Shown here piece by piece: positions 1 through 15,000 of a DNA stretch of 64,000 nt. The first letter of the stretch is position 1, and each line of letters opens with the position of its first letter. Source of the stretch: Verrucomicrobiota bacterium (GTDB taxonomy: Bacteria; Verrucomicrobiota; Verrucomicrobiia; Opitutales; JABDGR01); NCBI GenBank assembly GCA_013285985.1, contig JABDGR010000001.1:67-64066 (forward strand), written 5' to 3'. A model generated the notes under the pieces. That model was not told where the DNA came from and searched no databases. It saw only the letters and a list, made by a program, of their open reading frames with translations. Made by a program: the position numbers and the translations under genes.

Positions 1-3000
1 GCCGGTGCCGGCAAAGTTCGGGAACGTAAGATTGGCGACACCCGGGGCGGTGGGCGTAACCTGGATGCCGTTAACCACCGCGCCGTTCGGCGAAACGCTG
101 TTGCCGTTGTAGGTCGTGGTCGCATTGCCGCCGAGCGCGCCCGTGCCGGTTTGCGGGCGAATGTTCGTCGAGACGGCTGTGGGTATATCCAAGGCCACCG
201 TTCCGTTGAACCCGGTCATGTTGCCGTTAACCGAGAGCGTGCCGGTGCTGGTCAACAACAACTCCAAGGTCACATTGGAATCCGTGCTGCGGATTTGGCC
301 CGTAATGGAACCGTTCTGGCCGCCGGGCGGATTCTGGAAAATGCTCGTGTTGTTCGAGCTAATCGGGCTGGGCGTGAGAATGTAAGAAGTGGCGTCGGAG
401 GCGCCGTTGGAGGCGTAGAAGTTGGTCACCCCGTTGCCTTCCATGAAGACAAATGTGCTGCCGGCCTGGCCCCAAATATTGCCCGAGAGCGTCGTGGATT
501 GGTCCGGCCCCAGAGAACCGGCCAGCAGGTAGATGTTGCCCGTGAAGGTGGAGTTTACCACCGTGGTGCCCGTGCTCAAAGGCGTGCCGCCCACGCCTAA
601 GACACCGCCGCCCGTCTTGAACAAATTGCCGGAGCCCTGGAGCGGGGTGATGTCACCCAGCGTGGAGTTATTTTCCGTCAAATCCATCGTCGCCCCCGTG
701 ACAACATTGATGATGCCGTTGCCCTGGATGTTGATGCTGGCGTTTTCGCCCATCGCCACGCTCGCGGTCGCCTGCAACGTGCCAATGGTGGCGGAGTTGA
801 GGGTCTGGAGATTGCCGTTGAAGTCGTAATATTGCAGTGTGTTGCTTGCATTGACGGTGCCGTTGCCGCTGCCGGTCAGGTTGACGAAGTGGTAGGCGCC
901 GGTATTGCCGGTAAGGTTGCCACTGGTGGCTGGCGACGGGCCCAAGGCCGTGTTGCTCGAGATGGACACCACGCCGCCCGAAATGGTCCACGACGTAATG
1001 TTGCTGGTCGTGAGGTTGGAGCTGTTGCCTCCGAGAACCAACGTGCCGGGGCCCGACTTGCCGATGTTGCTTGTGCCGAGCATCGCCCCGCCGATGGTCA
1101 ACGTATTGGCGGCCACATTGAAGTTGAAGTCATTCGGAATGCTCGAGTTGCCCCCAAAGGTAAAGTTACCGGTGCCGAGGCTCAAATTACCCGTGCCCAC
1201 ATAATTCAACAGTGAGGTGTTCAACGTGACGGGTACGGAAGTGAGCGACGTATTGCCCGCAGGAGCGTCAATGTTCCCAGCGTTAATGGTGAAGTTGCCC
1301 GTGCCCAAGGCGGTGCTGCCAGCACCACCACCGATGGACAAGGTGCCGCCGTTGAGGATAACGCCGCCGGAGAAGCTGCTCACCCCGCTCAAGGTTTGCT
1401 GGCCCGGGCCGTTGATCACCACGCCACCGGTCCCAGTGAGGCTGCCGCCAAACACGTCAAATACTCCCGCGGGCGGACCGAAATTCAGAGTCACCGGCTG
1501 CGGCGTCGGGGCATTAGACGGGCCATTGGTGTTCATCAAGTTCAGCGTACCATTGCCAATCAGGCCACCGATGTTCGCAGTGACAATGTTCGGGCCGAAC
1601 AGGAAATTCCCGCCCTGGTTGTCCACATCCAGCGTCGCATTTTGCGCCGCCTGCGAATTCGAGCTGCCGTTGCTGTTCAATGTCAGGTTGCCGCCCGCGT
1701 CAAAGAGCGTGCCCGAGAAGGTGTTGACGCCGTCCAAGACGAGGCTGCCGTTGCCGAACATTGTCAGGCTGCTCGGCTTGCCGCCGTTGTCGACGATGGT
1801 CGAGTTGATCGTCGTGTTGACCGGGCCAGTGTTGCCCGCACCAGTGTTGGTAGCATAGGTGGCAATAAACAATTCACCGCCAGCCGTGCCGGCTTCCAGT
1901 GTGCCGTTCAGGATGTTCACATTGTTAATAGTGGCATCGCCGACCACCCCGCTCGTCACCAAAATGCCGTTAACCGCCAGCACATTGCTGCCCAAATTCA
2001 GCGTGTTTCCGTTACCGCCATTGGGATGGCTGAAGCGCAGGGTGTTCAGCGTGAAACTGCCCGACGCGTTGATGGCGTTGGTGTTGCTTCCCGGTATGTC
2101 CGTATTCACGCCGAGACCGCCCAAGGAGCCGCCCAGCACCGTGGTGGCATCCGCCGGTTGGTCGCCAAAGTAGGGGTGAGCCGGGTCGGTCGCAACGGTG
2201 CTGTAGGGAACAATGAAATTGCCGCTGGCGCTCCTGGCGCCAAAGTCGATGCCGTTGACGATCACATAAGGCGCTCCCGTGATGAAGTCCGTAATCATCG
2301 AGCCCGCAGGGCTCTGCGGGATGGCCACCGCGTTTACATTTGCAGAGTTGGCGCCGCTAACACTATTCGTGACGAGTTCAAGCGCGCCACCCGGGTTGCG
2401 GGTCAGGGTGCTCAAGTTCATCGTCAGTACACCGGCACTGCCGCCGGTTCCCGACCCATTGTTCGTCAGGCTCAAAATCGCGCCGCCCGCGAGGGTGGTG
2501 TTGCTGACCGATTCCGTGTTCGTCGTGTTGCTCTTGCCGAGGATGGTCAGATTGCCGCCATCCAATACGAGCGTGGCGCCGGCATTCAACATGTTGTTCT
2601 GCGGGGCCGACGCCTGGGTGTGATCAAGTGTCAGCGTGCCGCCGAGGACCGAGGTTGTGCCGGTGTAAGAGTTGGCGCCGCCCAGCTGCAAAGTGCCCGC
2701 ACCGGACTTCGTCAGGCCAAAGCTGCCGCTGACGATGCCATCCATCGTCAGCGTATTATTCGCCACCACAATGTTTGGCGTGGTGTTGAGCGTCACCGTG
2801 CTGGTGCCAAAGCTCAGGCCCTCGGCGGAACCCAGATAGGTGAAGCCGTTGTTAATCACCAAGGGGACGCTGAGCGTCAGGCTCGTTACCGCAGTATTGT
2901 CAAAGCTGCCGCCATTGATGGTAAACGTACCGCTGCCCAACGCCGTGGCGCTAAGGAAGTCCAACGTGCCGGCCGACAAGGTGAAGCCGCCCACATAAAC

Positions 3001-6000
3001 GTTATTGGTGCCATTCAGTGTCAGGGTGGCATTCCCGATCTTAATCAGGCCACCGCCACCGGCGCCAGACACGCCCGGGCCGATGATATTGCCTTCAAAC
3101 GTCAGGGCGTTGGTAACATTCAACGTGCCGGTCACTCCGGTGCCGACCACCACATTGTGTCCCGATTGCAGGTCAATCGCATTACCCGTCAACAGGGTGC
3201 CAGATCCGCTGAAAGTCAGCGGCGCGGAAGCCGAGCCAAAGGCGCCGTCCGAGAAGTTTGGCGAGGGCAAACTGGTCGTGGTGTTCGTTATGTTGACATT
3301 GACGTCCAGCGTGCCGCTGTTGATGACGAAGCCGCCACCCATCGTGTTGGTGTTGCCAGTAATTAGCAAAGTGCCGTTGCCGATAAGGGCCACCGCGCCG
3401 GCCACCGCGCCGGCGCCGTTAACAATGTTGCCTCCGTAGGTCATGGTCAGGTTGGAGCCGATGTTAATCGAACCGACCGCCGTCGAGGCATTGCCCGCAT
3501 CAATGGTGCGGTTGGCATTCAGCGTGAGGTTGGCAAGGGGGTTCAGCGCGCCGCCCGACTGCGAGAGGTTCGCGGCGGAGTTGAGCGTGCCGCCCGCGAG
3601 AGTGATGGTGCCAACCGTGCCGTTAAAGGTCAGGTTGCCTGACGTGCCCGTGGCGGTATTGCCACCACCGAGAGTGTTGTCCGTCACCGCTCCGTTGGCC
3701 AATACGCCAAAACTCAAGTTACCACCCAGAACCACGATGTTGCCCACAAAGCCTTCCGAGGGAATGCCGTTAGTCACCGCCACATTGGACGTGACGTTGG
3801 CGTTATTCGCACTCAACACCAGCGTTCCCGGGCCCGTCTTGATCAATGTGTTGTTGCTGTTAAAGGAGGGATAGAAACCACTGATTGAATTAGTGTCGAC
3901 ACTGATCCCATCATTGTTGAAGTTGCCGGCGATGACGCCCGCAATCGTCAAGGTGCTGCTGGGGTTGACAATGTTAAACGTGCTGTCGCCGATCAAGGCA
4001 TAGTTCCCTGTGCCCAAACTCAGGTTGCTCGCCGTGCTGACATTGCCGAAGACAACGCCCCCGTTGACAATCGTGAAGGCGGGGGCGGTCAGCGTCATGT
4101 TCGCCCCACTCGTATTGTCCAGTCCGCCTCCCTGCAGATACAGATTAGTCGCGACACTGCCATTGGAAAACACGGTGGCACTCCCGACATTGAGCGTACC
4201 GCCATTCAGGAAGACTCCCCCGGTGAACCCGGCCACAGAACCTGTTAACGTCTGACTGCCCGGGCCCTCTATGGACAGATTCAAGCCCGTCAACGAACCA
4301 CTATAAACTGGATTCGCGTTCGACGCCGGCGTCAGGTGGATGGTAACAGCGCCGAGAGAGTCTGGGTTGTTCGCCGACCCGGCAAAACCGCCGAGATAGG
4401 TGTCGGAATCCGCCGCCGTCAAGCCGCCACCTTGGAAGTTAATGATGCTGTTCGACAGGAATTTGTTCGGCGCATTGTTATTGGCCCCCGGCGAGAACAA
4501 CGTAATAACGCCTTGATCGAGGAAGGTGGCGCCACCAAATGGCGTTTCCGAATTTGTCGGGTCATCACCAAATAACACAAGACCCGCACCCGCTTTGACC
4601 AAGTTTGTGGTGGTGCCGGTGATGCGCCCCGAGTCAATGAGGAGGCCTTCGTTATTGCTGGTGTCATTCTCTACAATCAAGATGTCGTCGCCAGCAGCCA
4701 GGGGCTGGTAGTTCATCCCCGTCAAGTTGACATTATTGCTGCCCATGGATGGCGACACAAGGATGCCTCCAACCGATACCGTGACCGCTCCGTTAAGAGA
4801 CACATCCCCCGTGGCCTGCAAGAACGACAGGGTCGACAATTGCAAGTTCGACGCCGTAACCGGGGTGCCCGGATCCGTGATGGTGGTTACATTCGCATTG
4901 TGCACGCTGTTGGTGAGCTGGGTCACGGCATTGACATTGGTATAGCCACCCGTGCCCGCCATCGCCACGATCGAGGAAGTGCCCGAGGAGCTCGCGTACG
5001 CGCCCCAGTCCGTCGAGGTCAGCGTGTTCAATACCACAAATGGCGTGCCGTTCGCATTGGCCACCGGGGTATGGCTCAAGGTTGCGTTCGAGGACGCCTG
5101 GAAAGTCAAGGTCCCGGTGGTAACATTCACGCCGCCGGTCAAGTTCACGGTCGAAAGCGTGGTCACGCTGCCCAGCCCAGAATTGACCTGGGGATTCGTG
5201 AGCGACGCCGTGACCAAATTCTCCGCGGTCACGTTCGAGTTGAACAGGCCCAGGATAACGCTGGCCTGGTTGTTTGACGCGATCAGATTACCGCTGGAAT
5301 CCGTCGACAGATTTACGATGATGTTGGTGCCAGTGATGCTCAAATTCGCCGCCGCATTGTTTGCCCCGGGATTCACGTAAGAAATAGTGATGCCGTTGCC
5401 CTGTGCGCCGACTTCGTTGGTCGAATTTGCCACAAAGGTCAGGTTATTGTTGCCGCTGACGCCCGTACCCGCCACCACTGACGGGAGATTCGTCGACAGG
5501 CTCGCGTCCGACCCGGCATCCGACAGGTACAACAGCCCGCCAGTCGTGCGCGACATCGTACCGAAATTCAGATTCAAAATCGGCCCGGCGCCGCTTGCAG
5601 CACCCGCCAGCGTGACATTGGCGATGCCCGTGCCGCCATTGACTGTCGTGGAAGCAAACGTCTGGGAGTTTGTCTGGCCCGGCACCACAATACCCTGAAC
5701 CGCCAGAGTGCCCGGCCCGTTCAATACCAGATTCGTGGGCGAAACACCGTTTCCGATAATGTTGGTCGCCGGCGCACCGGGGCTGTTGAAATTCAGCAGC
5801 AAGGTGCCGCTGTTGACGGTGGTCGTGCCCGTGTAGTTATTAAACCCGAACAGTTGCAACGTGCCGTTGCCCGTCACCGTCAACCCGCCTGTACCGGTGA
5901 TAAGGCCGCCGAAAGTCACATTGTTGACGCTCGTGTTAACTGTGCCAGTGACGCCACCCGCGAGACTGATGATCCGGGTCTTGGTCAGTGTAAAGTTGCC

Positions 6001-9000
6001 ATTGGCCTGCAAGGTCGAGGTTCCGTTGAAGAGAATCGTTGACGCCACATTCCCACCGAAGGCGGCATCGGCGGATACTCCCAGCGTTCCCGCATTGATC
6101 GTGGTATTGCCCGTATAAGTGTCCACCTGGTTCGTGCCGAGGGTCAACATACCGGTGCCCAGCTTCGTCAAGCCGCCGTCCACAGAGCCTCCGAGGGTCG
6201 AGTCGTGCACCAGGTTTTGCGAAAGAGTGATGTTGAACCCGTTTGTATTAAAGACTGCGCCGCCGCCGGAGGTGTCAATAATGGAGGTCAGCCCGGTGAT
6301 GAAGTTCGGATTGTTACCGGCCGCAATCAGGTTGCCGCCGCCCAGGATCAAAGTCGCCGACGAGTTGACCGTGGTGCCGAGGTTGGCCGCAATGATGCCA
6401 ATGGTGGTCAGGTTGCCGCCATCCAGCGCATAGCTCGCCTTGGCCGACCCCAAAGTCATCTTGGATTGGTCACCCAGAATCAGGGTGTAGTTCACCGGAT
6501 TCGTAGCGTTGCCGCTTCCCGGCAGGCCGACGCCATTGCCGGTCAACACCACATTGCCGCCTGTCTGGACGACCTTGGAAATGCTGAGGTCCGTCGGGTC
6601 GTCCTGGGTCGTGCCCTTCGACAGGTTCAAGTCATTCGCGGTCAGGTTCGCTGTGCCGCCAATGTTTAGAGTGGTGTTCGTGGTGCCAAGCGCAGCGCCA
6701 ATATTGCCCAAGGCCAATTCCAAGTTGGAGATGTATTGGCCGGAACCCGACAGCGTCACGGTGATATTGTCGCCGGGGGTGGTGGCAATGGAAGCGAAGC
6801 CCAGATTGCCGGTCGAATTCACTGTCACCAAGCCGCCGGTCCCGATGTTCAGATTAACGACATTGCCCGTCACCAACAAGTGCGCCGCGTTCAAGTTCGA
6901 GGAGAGGTTTGCCGCCCCAGTGAAGGCAAAGGTTCCGGCGCCCGCCACGGACAGCGTTTCGCCGTTGCCGGATTGATTGACCGTGCCATTCATCGTTACG
7001 GTGGTGCCGTTCAAGGTAACCGTCGTATTTGTGCCCAAAGTATCGCTGCTCGCCGAGGTGAAGAGGAAATTGCCCTGGTTGAAGTTAACGTTGCCGGACA
7101 AGTTGGTCGGATTGGCAATACTAAAGGTTCCGCCCAGGCCGTTCACCAAAGTGCCATTGTTCACCACCAGTACGCCCGTCGGAGCCAAGGCACCCGCGCT
7201 ATCCAAGTTCAACGTGCCGCCATTGAGGGTCGTATTGCCGGTGTAGGTATTGGTGCCGCTCAGCGTCAACATGCCGGAGCCAATCTTGGTGAGGCTGCCG
7301 CTGCCGATGAGGTGCAACGACGCATTGTCCGTCAGGGCGCCCGAGTAGGTCGTGTTGGCATTGTTGGCGCCCACAATCAGCGCCTCACCCACGTTGCCGG
7401 AGTTTTCCAAATCCAGAGTCTTGGTGCCGCTCAGGCCGCCCAAGGTTGCATTTACCAGCGTGCCAAAGCTCAGGTTGCCGCCCGTGATGTAATTAAGCGT
7501 GCTGTTTTGCAACGCCAGATTGGCGCCCAAAAGCAGCGTGCCTGCGGTGATGGTGGTGGTTCCGTTAAACGTGTTGTTCACCGCGAGGGTCAATGTGTTG
7601 CCCGAGCCGGACTGCGTCAGATTGCCCGTGCCGGAAATCGTGCCGTTAAACTGCAAGCTTTCGTTCTCATTGAAGAGCAACGTTCCGTTGTCGACGACGT
7701 TGCTGAACGAATTCTGCCCCTGATTGAATGTGCCGTTCGAAGTGCCGTTGCCCAATTGCAGTGTACCCGCGGTAATGATTGTGGATCCATTGTATCCCTG
7801 CACCGTGTTGTTGGCCAGAATCAAGGTCCCCGAACCAGCCTTGACCAGCGTGCCCGTGCCCGGCATGGCCGTACCCAGGGTCACCGTGTTTGCGCCGGTG
7901 TCGAAGGTGTCATTGCCGAGATTCAGCGAGGAAATTATCGGCGAAATATCGAGCGTATTGAGGCTGCCCCATTGCAGACCACCACCAGCCAGGGTGACAA
8001 GGCCCGTGCCAAAGTCGGTCAAGGAGCCCCAGTTGATCAATCCATTGTTGATAACCGTGCCGCCGGTGTAGAAGTTTTGCACCGCAAAGTTCAACGTGCC
8101 ACCGCCGGCCTTGACCAGCGTGCCGCCGCCGTGCAGTCCCGTGTTAAACGTGATGTTGTTAAGAATGTTTGTGTCAATCGTGTCGAGGCCCGAAGCCAAA
8201 CTCAGGTTGGGCGAAATATCCGTAATCGTTCCCACAGCGAATTGCACGCCGCCACCACCCAACGTGATGGTGCCCGTGCCAAACTCGTTGAGGTTATTGA
8301 AATTGATGAGGCCACCCGTAATGCTCGTGCCCGCAGTATAACTGTCGGCGGTGCCCCTCAAGGTGAGAATACCCGTGCCCGCCTTGATCAAGCTTCCGCC
8401 GGTGCCAGTCAGGTTGCCTGTGTAAGTCGTGCTGCTGTTGTTGTTGCCCACCGTGAGGGCCACGGGGTTGGTCACGTTGAGTGAAATATCCTTGGTGCCG
8501 GTCAAGCCGCCGAGAGAAGCGTTATTCAGCAAACCAAAGCTCAGGTTGCCGTTGCCTACATTGTAGCTCAGCGTGCTGTTTTGCAGCGCCAGGTTGCTGC
8601 CCAGGGCCAGGGTGCCCGCCGCGATATTCGTCGTGCCATTGAACGTGTTCGTGCCGCTCAACGTCACCGTGGTAGTCCCGGCTGTGCCGCCGGTGAGCGG
8701 GGTCAGGCCGTTCGTAAAGGTTCCGACAACCGCAGCGCCGCCGAGAGCACCCGCATTATCGCCAAAACCCAGCTGCACGTTAACCAACGCGGAGACGGTC
8801 GAATTGTTCACCAAAAGATTCAACACCTGTGCGGCCGTCGCATTGACGACCGAACTTCCATTTGTGCCCAGCGTCACAACGATTTGGTTGCCGGTTACCG
8901 CCACCGAGGTGGGAATGTTGGCGCCGGAGCCAGCCACAAAATTAATCTGCGGGATATTACCCGTGCCCGGAGCAACCGCCGTGAAGGTCAGGTTGCCATT

Positions 9001-12000
9001 GGCCACACCCGCCCCCAGAACATTCGAGGTGTCCAGCGAAGCGCGCCCGACGTTCGTGCCGTTGATGGTCAGGTTACCCGTGCCGCTGATGACGCTGCTA
9101 ATCGTCTGGGCGCTGCCCGCAACGATCGACAAATTCGCATTATCCAAAATGCCAGTTGTCGGCAAGCTCGGGACCGTAGTGTTTGTACCCGTACCACCCA
9201 GCAGCGTGCCGTTGCCAATTTGCAGTGTGCCGCCGGAAATGACGGTGCCGGCGCCGCCGGAAGTGCCCGTCCAGGTTTCCGGCTGAGTGATGGTCAAGGT
9301 GCCATTGCCCGCCTTCCCAAACACCCCGCTGCCGTTCAGCAGATTGTAGGACAACTGTTCATTGTTCCCGTTTGTGTCAAAAGAGTCCAATGTGGTGCTG
9401 GAGCCGCCGAGGACCACGTCGCGGGTCATGTCGATAATTGCGCCCGTCGCCCATTGGAGACCGCCACCCGACAGTGTAATTTCCGCCCCCGTGGTGCCCA
9501 ACGGGTGGGCCGTCGTGTTTGCCGTCGTGTTCGAGCCAAACACGCCCAGGGTGGAGAAGTCGATGAAGCCACCGTTGATCGTCGTCGTGCCCAGGAACGC
9601 GTTGGGAATCGAAATATTCGAAGCATTGGCGCCTTGGGCCAGCGTCAGGGTGCCCGTGCCAATCTTGACCAGGTTGGCCGCATTGCTTGCCGCGGTGCTG
9701 TTGATTAGTCCGGTAAAGGTAGTGCTCTGATTATTGTTGCCTATCGTGAGGGTGACGGCCGAGCCGCCGGAGGAAGTCAGCGTCAAGGCACTGCCATTGG
9801 CCACGGTGCCGCTCAGGCCACCAAAGGTATAGGCGGTGGGCGTGCCAAAGAGGAGCTTGCCGGTGGTGGCATTGAACGTCGAACCGCCCAAGGCGCTGGT
9901 GTTGGCCAGCGTCAATGTGCCGGTACTGATGTTGGTGAAGCCAGTGAAGGTACCCATCCCCGCCAAGGTCAGCACACCCACGCCCGACGTTGACACCGTC
10001 AAATTGCCCAGACCACCGATGTTACCTGAAATCGTGGTGCTATTGGCGCCCAACGAGAAAATGTTGGTGCCACCAAGCAGGCCATTGGTCGCCAGCAGGT
10101 TCGGCACGCCGGTGGCGGAGTTCGTCGGGTCAAGTGTCGTCGCACCGAAGACGAGCGTACCGCCGTTAAGTTCGAGTTGGTTGGTGGCCTGGGGGGCACT
10201 GTTCGTGGAATTGCCGAATGCACCGTTAATCGTGAAGTTTACCGATGCGCCGGTGACTATCACGTTACCGGTGAAACCGTTGCTGGTGGTGCCGTTCAAG
10301 GTCAAAGTGCCGCCATTGATGTTGACGCCGCCGGTCGTATCCAGGTTGCCGCTAAAGGCCTGATTGTTCGAGCCGGCTTTCGTGATCACGGCCGAACCGG
10401 TCAGGGTGCCGTTATAATTCGAGGTCGCCGTCGGCGTGTTGCCGATGGTCAGCGCCACCGGGGCGGACACATTGTTGCTCAAGGCAAGATTTACGTTGCC
10501 GGTCAGGCCGCCAATGGACGCATTGGTCAAGGACCCGAAGCTGAAGGAGCCGTTGGTCGCGGCATTAAGCAGGGTGATATTCAACGTGGCATTCTGCAGC
10601 GCAATATTGGTGCCCAAGGTCAGATTCGCGCCCTGCGCGATGGTCACTGTGCCGTTGAGGCTCGTCGTCGTCGGCGTCAAGTCGATGTTGGAAACGCCCA
10701 GCAGCGCAAGGCTGCCGGCCCCGGTCCAGTTGTTGGTGATAATCTGCTGGCCGGCCGGCTGGTTAAAGTTGATTGTGCCCGAATCGTTGAAGGTCGAACC
10801 ACTCGCAATCGAGCCGGTGGCGCCATCACCGATGGTCAATTGGTTGTTGGCGCTGACGTTGGTGGCACCCGTGTATAATTGCGTCGAGTTGATCGTGAGG
10901 ATTTGCCCGGATTTGCCGCCCACCACGATGCCGCCGTTGCCAATGACAACTTGGGAGAAGGTGGCCGCAGCGTTGGTGCCGTTAAAGGTGAGTGTGGAAT
11001 TAACCGAGCCATTGGATGTGACGGTGATGCAGCCCGTGCTGGTCGACAGCAGCGTGGCGGGATTCTGCGTTTGGTTGCCGAGAATCAGCGAGCCATTGAT
11101 GACGGTCGTCGTGCCGTTATACGTCTGCGGCGAGGTCAAGGTAAACGAGGTATTGTTACCCGTCATGGTCAAATTGGCCTGGCCGTTTGAGCTCGAAAGC
11201 ACGCCGCTGTAAGTCGTGCTGGCGACAAAGCCCACATTGAAATTGAGGTTGGAAATATCCAGATTCTCATTGCCTGACAGCGCGCCGATGTTCGCCGAAG
11301 TCGTGCCCGCGGGCAGTCCGGCAAAGCTCAAGGTGCCGTTGTTGGTGGCGACCAAATTGGTGATATTCACCGTGGCATTGAAGAACGCCAGCGGCGAGCC
11401 GAGGATCGCCGTCGCCCCGTTGCCAATATTCACGGTGCCGTTGAACGAGTTGTTGGCCGTAAACGTATCCGTGCCCGCGGTGATGTTTAGCGAACCGTTG
11501 CTCGAAATCGCATTGGAAATCGTGTTGGTGCCGGGAATGGCCAGGATCAAAGTTCCCGCGTCCGAGATCGCGCCGCCCAAGGGGGCGAAATTCGAAACGG
11601 TCACGACCTGGGTGACGGGGTTGGTGATCGCGACTGACACACTGTTGTTCAACTGCAGGCTGTTGTTCTTCGCGACGGTCGTCGTGCCAGTCATTCCCGA
11701 GGCGTCACCCGTGAAGTTGACGACGTAACCCGACGTGCCGTTGACAATCAACTGGCCGCCCACGCCAACGATCGTGACCGGGGTACCGCTGGTGCCGAGG
11801 GTCTGGGTGCTGGCGGTGCCGTCGAAATCCAGGATGCCGGAACCGTTAAAACTCGTGCTGGCCACCGAACCGAGGTTGGTGCCGTTACCCAGTTGCAACG
11901 TGCCGGCGCCGAAGCCGGTCGGGCCGGAGTAGGTTTGGGCTCCAACGATGGTCATGCAGCCACCGCCGATTTTGTTCAAGCTGCCACCTGCCCCGGTCAG

Positions 12001-15000
12001 GATGCCCGTGTAGGTGAAATTGCTGCCGTTGTTACCCACGGTCAGAGTCACGACGTTGCCGTTCAAGTCTTTGAGGGTGAAGTTCTCCGCACCCGAAAGA
12101 GCACCCAACTGGGGGTTCCCCAATGCACCACCGCCGAATTCCAGTTGACTGCCGGTGTTGACCGAATTGAACGTCGCGTTGCCCAACGCCAAGGGGTTGT
12201 CCAAGATAATGTTGCCCGCACCGGCATTGATGGAAACCGTGCCGTTAAAGGTGCTCGTGCCGCCCAAGTCCAAGTCAGGCAGGCTGTTTTGGGTGAGGAA
12301 ACCGGTCGTCCCGTTGGTCGGAGTCGCAGAAGAGCTGATATTGGCATTGAAGACGAACTTGGATCCCGCGGTGCCCGGCTCGTTGAAAATAAGCGTCGTA
12401 TTGTTGGCGCCAACCTGGATTGAACCGGCCAGATTGCCCGCCACGCCTACACCTGTTCCCACGCTTGCGTTGCCCAGCGACAGGGTCGTTGCGTTCGCGG
12501 TGGCGTTGCTGGTGCCGTTGGTGGTGACGATCAACTGGCCCGTGAAGGTTTCGTTGGCCGTGATGGTCACCGTCGATTTGAAATCTTGAATGTTCAGCGT
12601 TTGGTTGCCGCCAGTGATGGGCGTGGCCAGCACAATGCCGGCACCGCTCGGGGTGAGATTGAGGGTCAAGACGGGAGTGGCCGTGGCGTTGATAAAGTTG
12701 CCTACCGTGATGCAGGACCCGGTAATGTCGAACAATCCGCCGGAAACGGTTTGAATGGTGCCGCCGTTCCAGGTAATTCCTCCGGAGCCGATAGTGAGAT
12801 TGGCATTAGTCGTGGCTGCCGCGGTCGAATTGATGACCAATACACCGTTATCCATGACCGTGCCGCCAGTGTACGTGTTGTTGCCCGTGCCGCTCAGCAC
12901 GCTGGTATTGCCCAAGGTCAGCGTTCCCGTGCCCACTTTTATGAGTGAGCCGCCGGTGCCGCTCAAGTTGCCGGAATAGGTGGTGGAGTTATTGTTCGCG
13001 CCAACCGTCAGTGCCACGCCGGATCCGGCATACAATGACCCTTCTTGCAATATAAGATCCCGATTGCCGCTCAGGCCGCCCAGTGTGGCCGCCGTGATGG
13101 GGGTGCTGACATTGCCGAAGATCAAATTACCCACCGGGGTACCGTTGCTGTAAGATATTGTGCTGTTTTGCAAAGCGAGGGAATTGGCAATTACCAGGGA
13201 GCCCGCCGTGATGGTCGTGTTGCCCGTGAACGTGTTGACGTTCGTCAGAGTCAGGTTCGTGCTGCCCGCCTGCGTCAAGGCACCCAAGCCGGACAATACC
13301 GTGGTAAGGACGCTGTCCGTCCCCTCGCGGAAGACTAGGAGAGAGTTGTCGGTCAGGGCTGAAAACGACAACTGGCCGTTCGTGGCGCCATTGCCGAGTT
13401 GCAGGGTGCCGGCTGAAATTATGGTCGGCCCGAGGTAAACGTTATTGCCCAGCAAAGTCACACAACCTGAACCGACCTTGATAATGCCGCCCACGCCCGA
13501 GAACGGCGTGGTAACCTGGACGTTATTCCCGTTCGAGTCCAAAGTGTTCAAGTCGCTGGTCGGCCCGGAATTCAGGACGGGGTTCAGGATGCTCGACAAA
13601 TCCGTGGCCGTGTTCGGCGCCCATTGGATGCCGCCGCCCAAGAGCGTCAGGCTGTTCGCGGGGCCGTTGCCGAAATTCTTGAGCGAATTAAAGTCGATCA
13701 AGCCACCCTCAACCACGGTTCCACCAGCATAGGTATTGTTGCCGCTCAAGGTCAAGGTGCCCGCGCCAACCTTGATCAGCGAGCCACTGCCATTGCCGAT
13801 GTTACCCGAAATGGTTCCGGAGAACGTGCTGCTCGCGCCACCCTGACCCAGCGTCAACGTCACCGGATTGTCGCCCGCCTGGGTGACCAGCGCGAGACTG
13901 CCATTGCCGCTGAGGCCGCCCATCGTCGCCGATGTCTGCGTGCCAAAGCTGAAATTCCCCGCGCCGCTGTTCAGCCCCAGGATGCTGTTCTGCAACGCCT
14001 GCGGATTACCCAAAACCAGCGTGCCGGCATCAACATTGGTCACGCCCGTGTAGGAATTGACTCCGGAAAGGGTCAGCGTGCTTTGCGCCGGGGCCGCGCC
14101 GTTGCCGAGGGTGAACGGGGAACCCCCTGTCGCACTCAGTACGCCGGTACCGTCACTACCCGATCCAATCCCCGCGATCACCGTGGCGTTCGAGGTCGCA
14201 TTGCCATTGATCGCCGCAACCACCGCGGCCGCGTTGCTAAAGTTCGGGTTCGTCCCGCCCGCCAGGGCCGTCGAGGTGAGTGCACTGACATTACCCGCTC
14301 CCGTGCTGCCCACCGGCAACGACGCGGTAACGAACGCCGCGGCCGTCGGATTCGTGTTAATCAAAGTCACGATGGACGAAGAGTTTGAAGTGATGACTCC
14401 GCCACTCGTCGCCAGGTTCACGGTAATCGTGTTGCTCGTGATGCTTAAATTCGCCGTCGGATTGTTCGCATTTGCGCTCGAATAGACGATGGCGATGTTG
14501 GAGCCCTGCTGGCCGAACCAGGCTGTTGAGTTCGCGGTGAACGTCACATCCGCGTTGTTGCCAAAGGTCGTCGTCAGGTTCGCCGCCGTACCGGTGTTGT
14601 CGGTGCCCAAAGTTACCGTAAGCGTATTGCTCCCAAACGCCACCGTCACCGGCTGGTTGGCCAGGTAGGCAAACGTGGGGGCGACATAAGCGACCTGGAT
14701 CCCGTTGCCGGCTGTCCCAATCGCCTGCGAGCGATAGATGATGTTCGTATTGGAGCCGGGATTCGTGATGATCGACGCCGGGGTGCCTTGATTGACCTCC
14801 ACATTGCCGCTGCCCGTAATAGCTTTACTGTAAGTCGTGGCCGAGGGCTCGTTGAACACCAAGTCGCCGTCGTCGAGAATATTGCCGGCAATTGAACCCG
14901 CATTGGTGATATTGCCTAACTTGAGGGTACCCGAAAGGATCGACGTGTCGCCCGTGTAAGTCTCCGTCTGAGTGTAGGTCACACTGCCATTGCCGCCAAC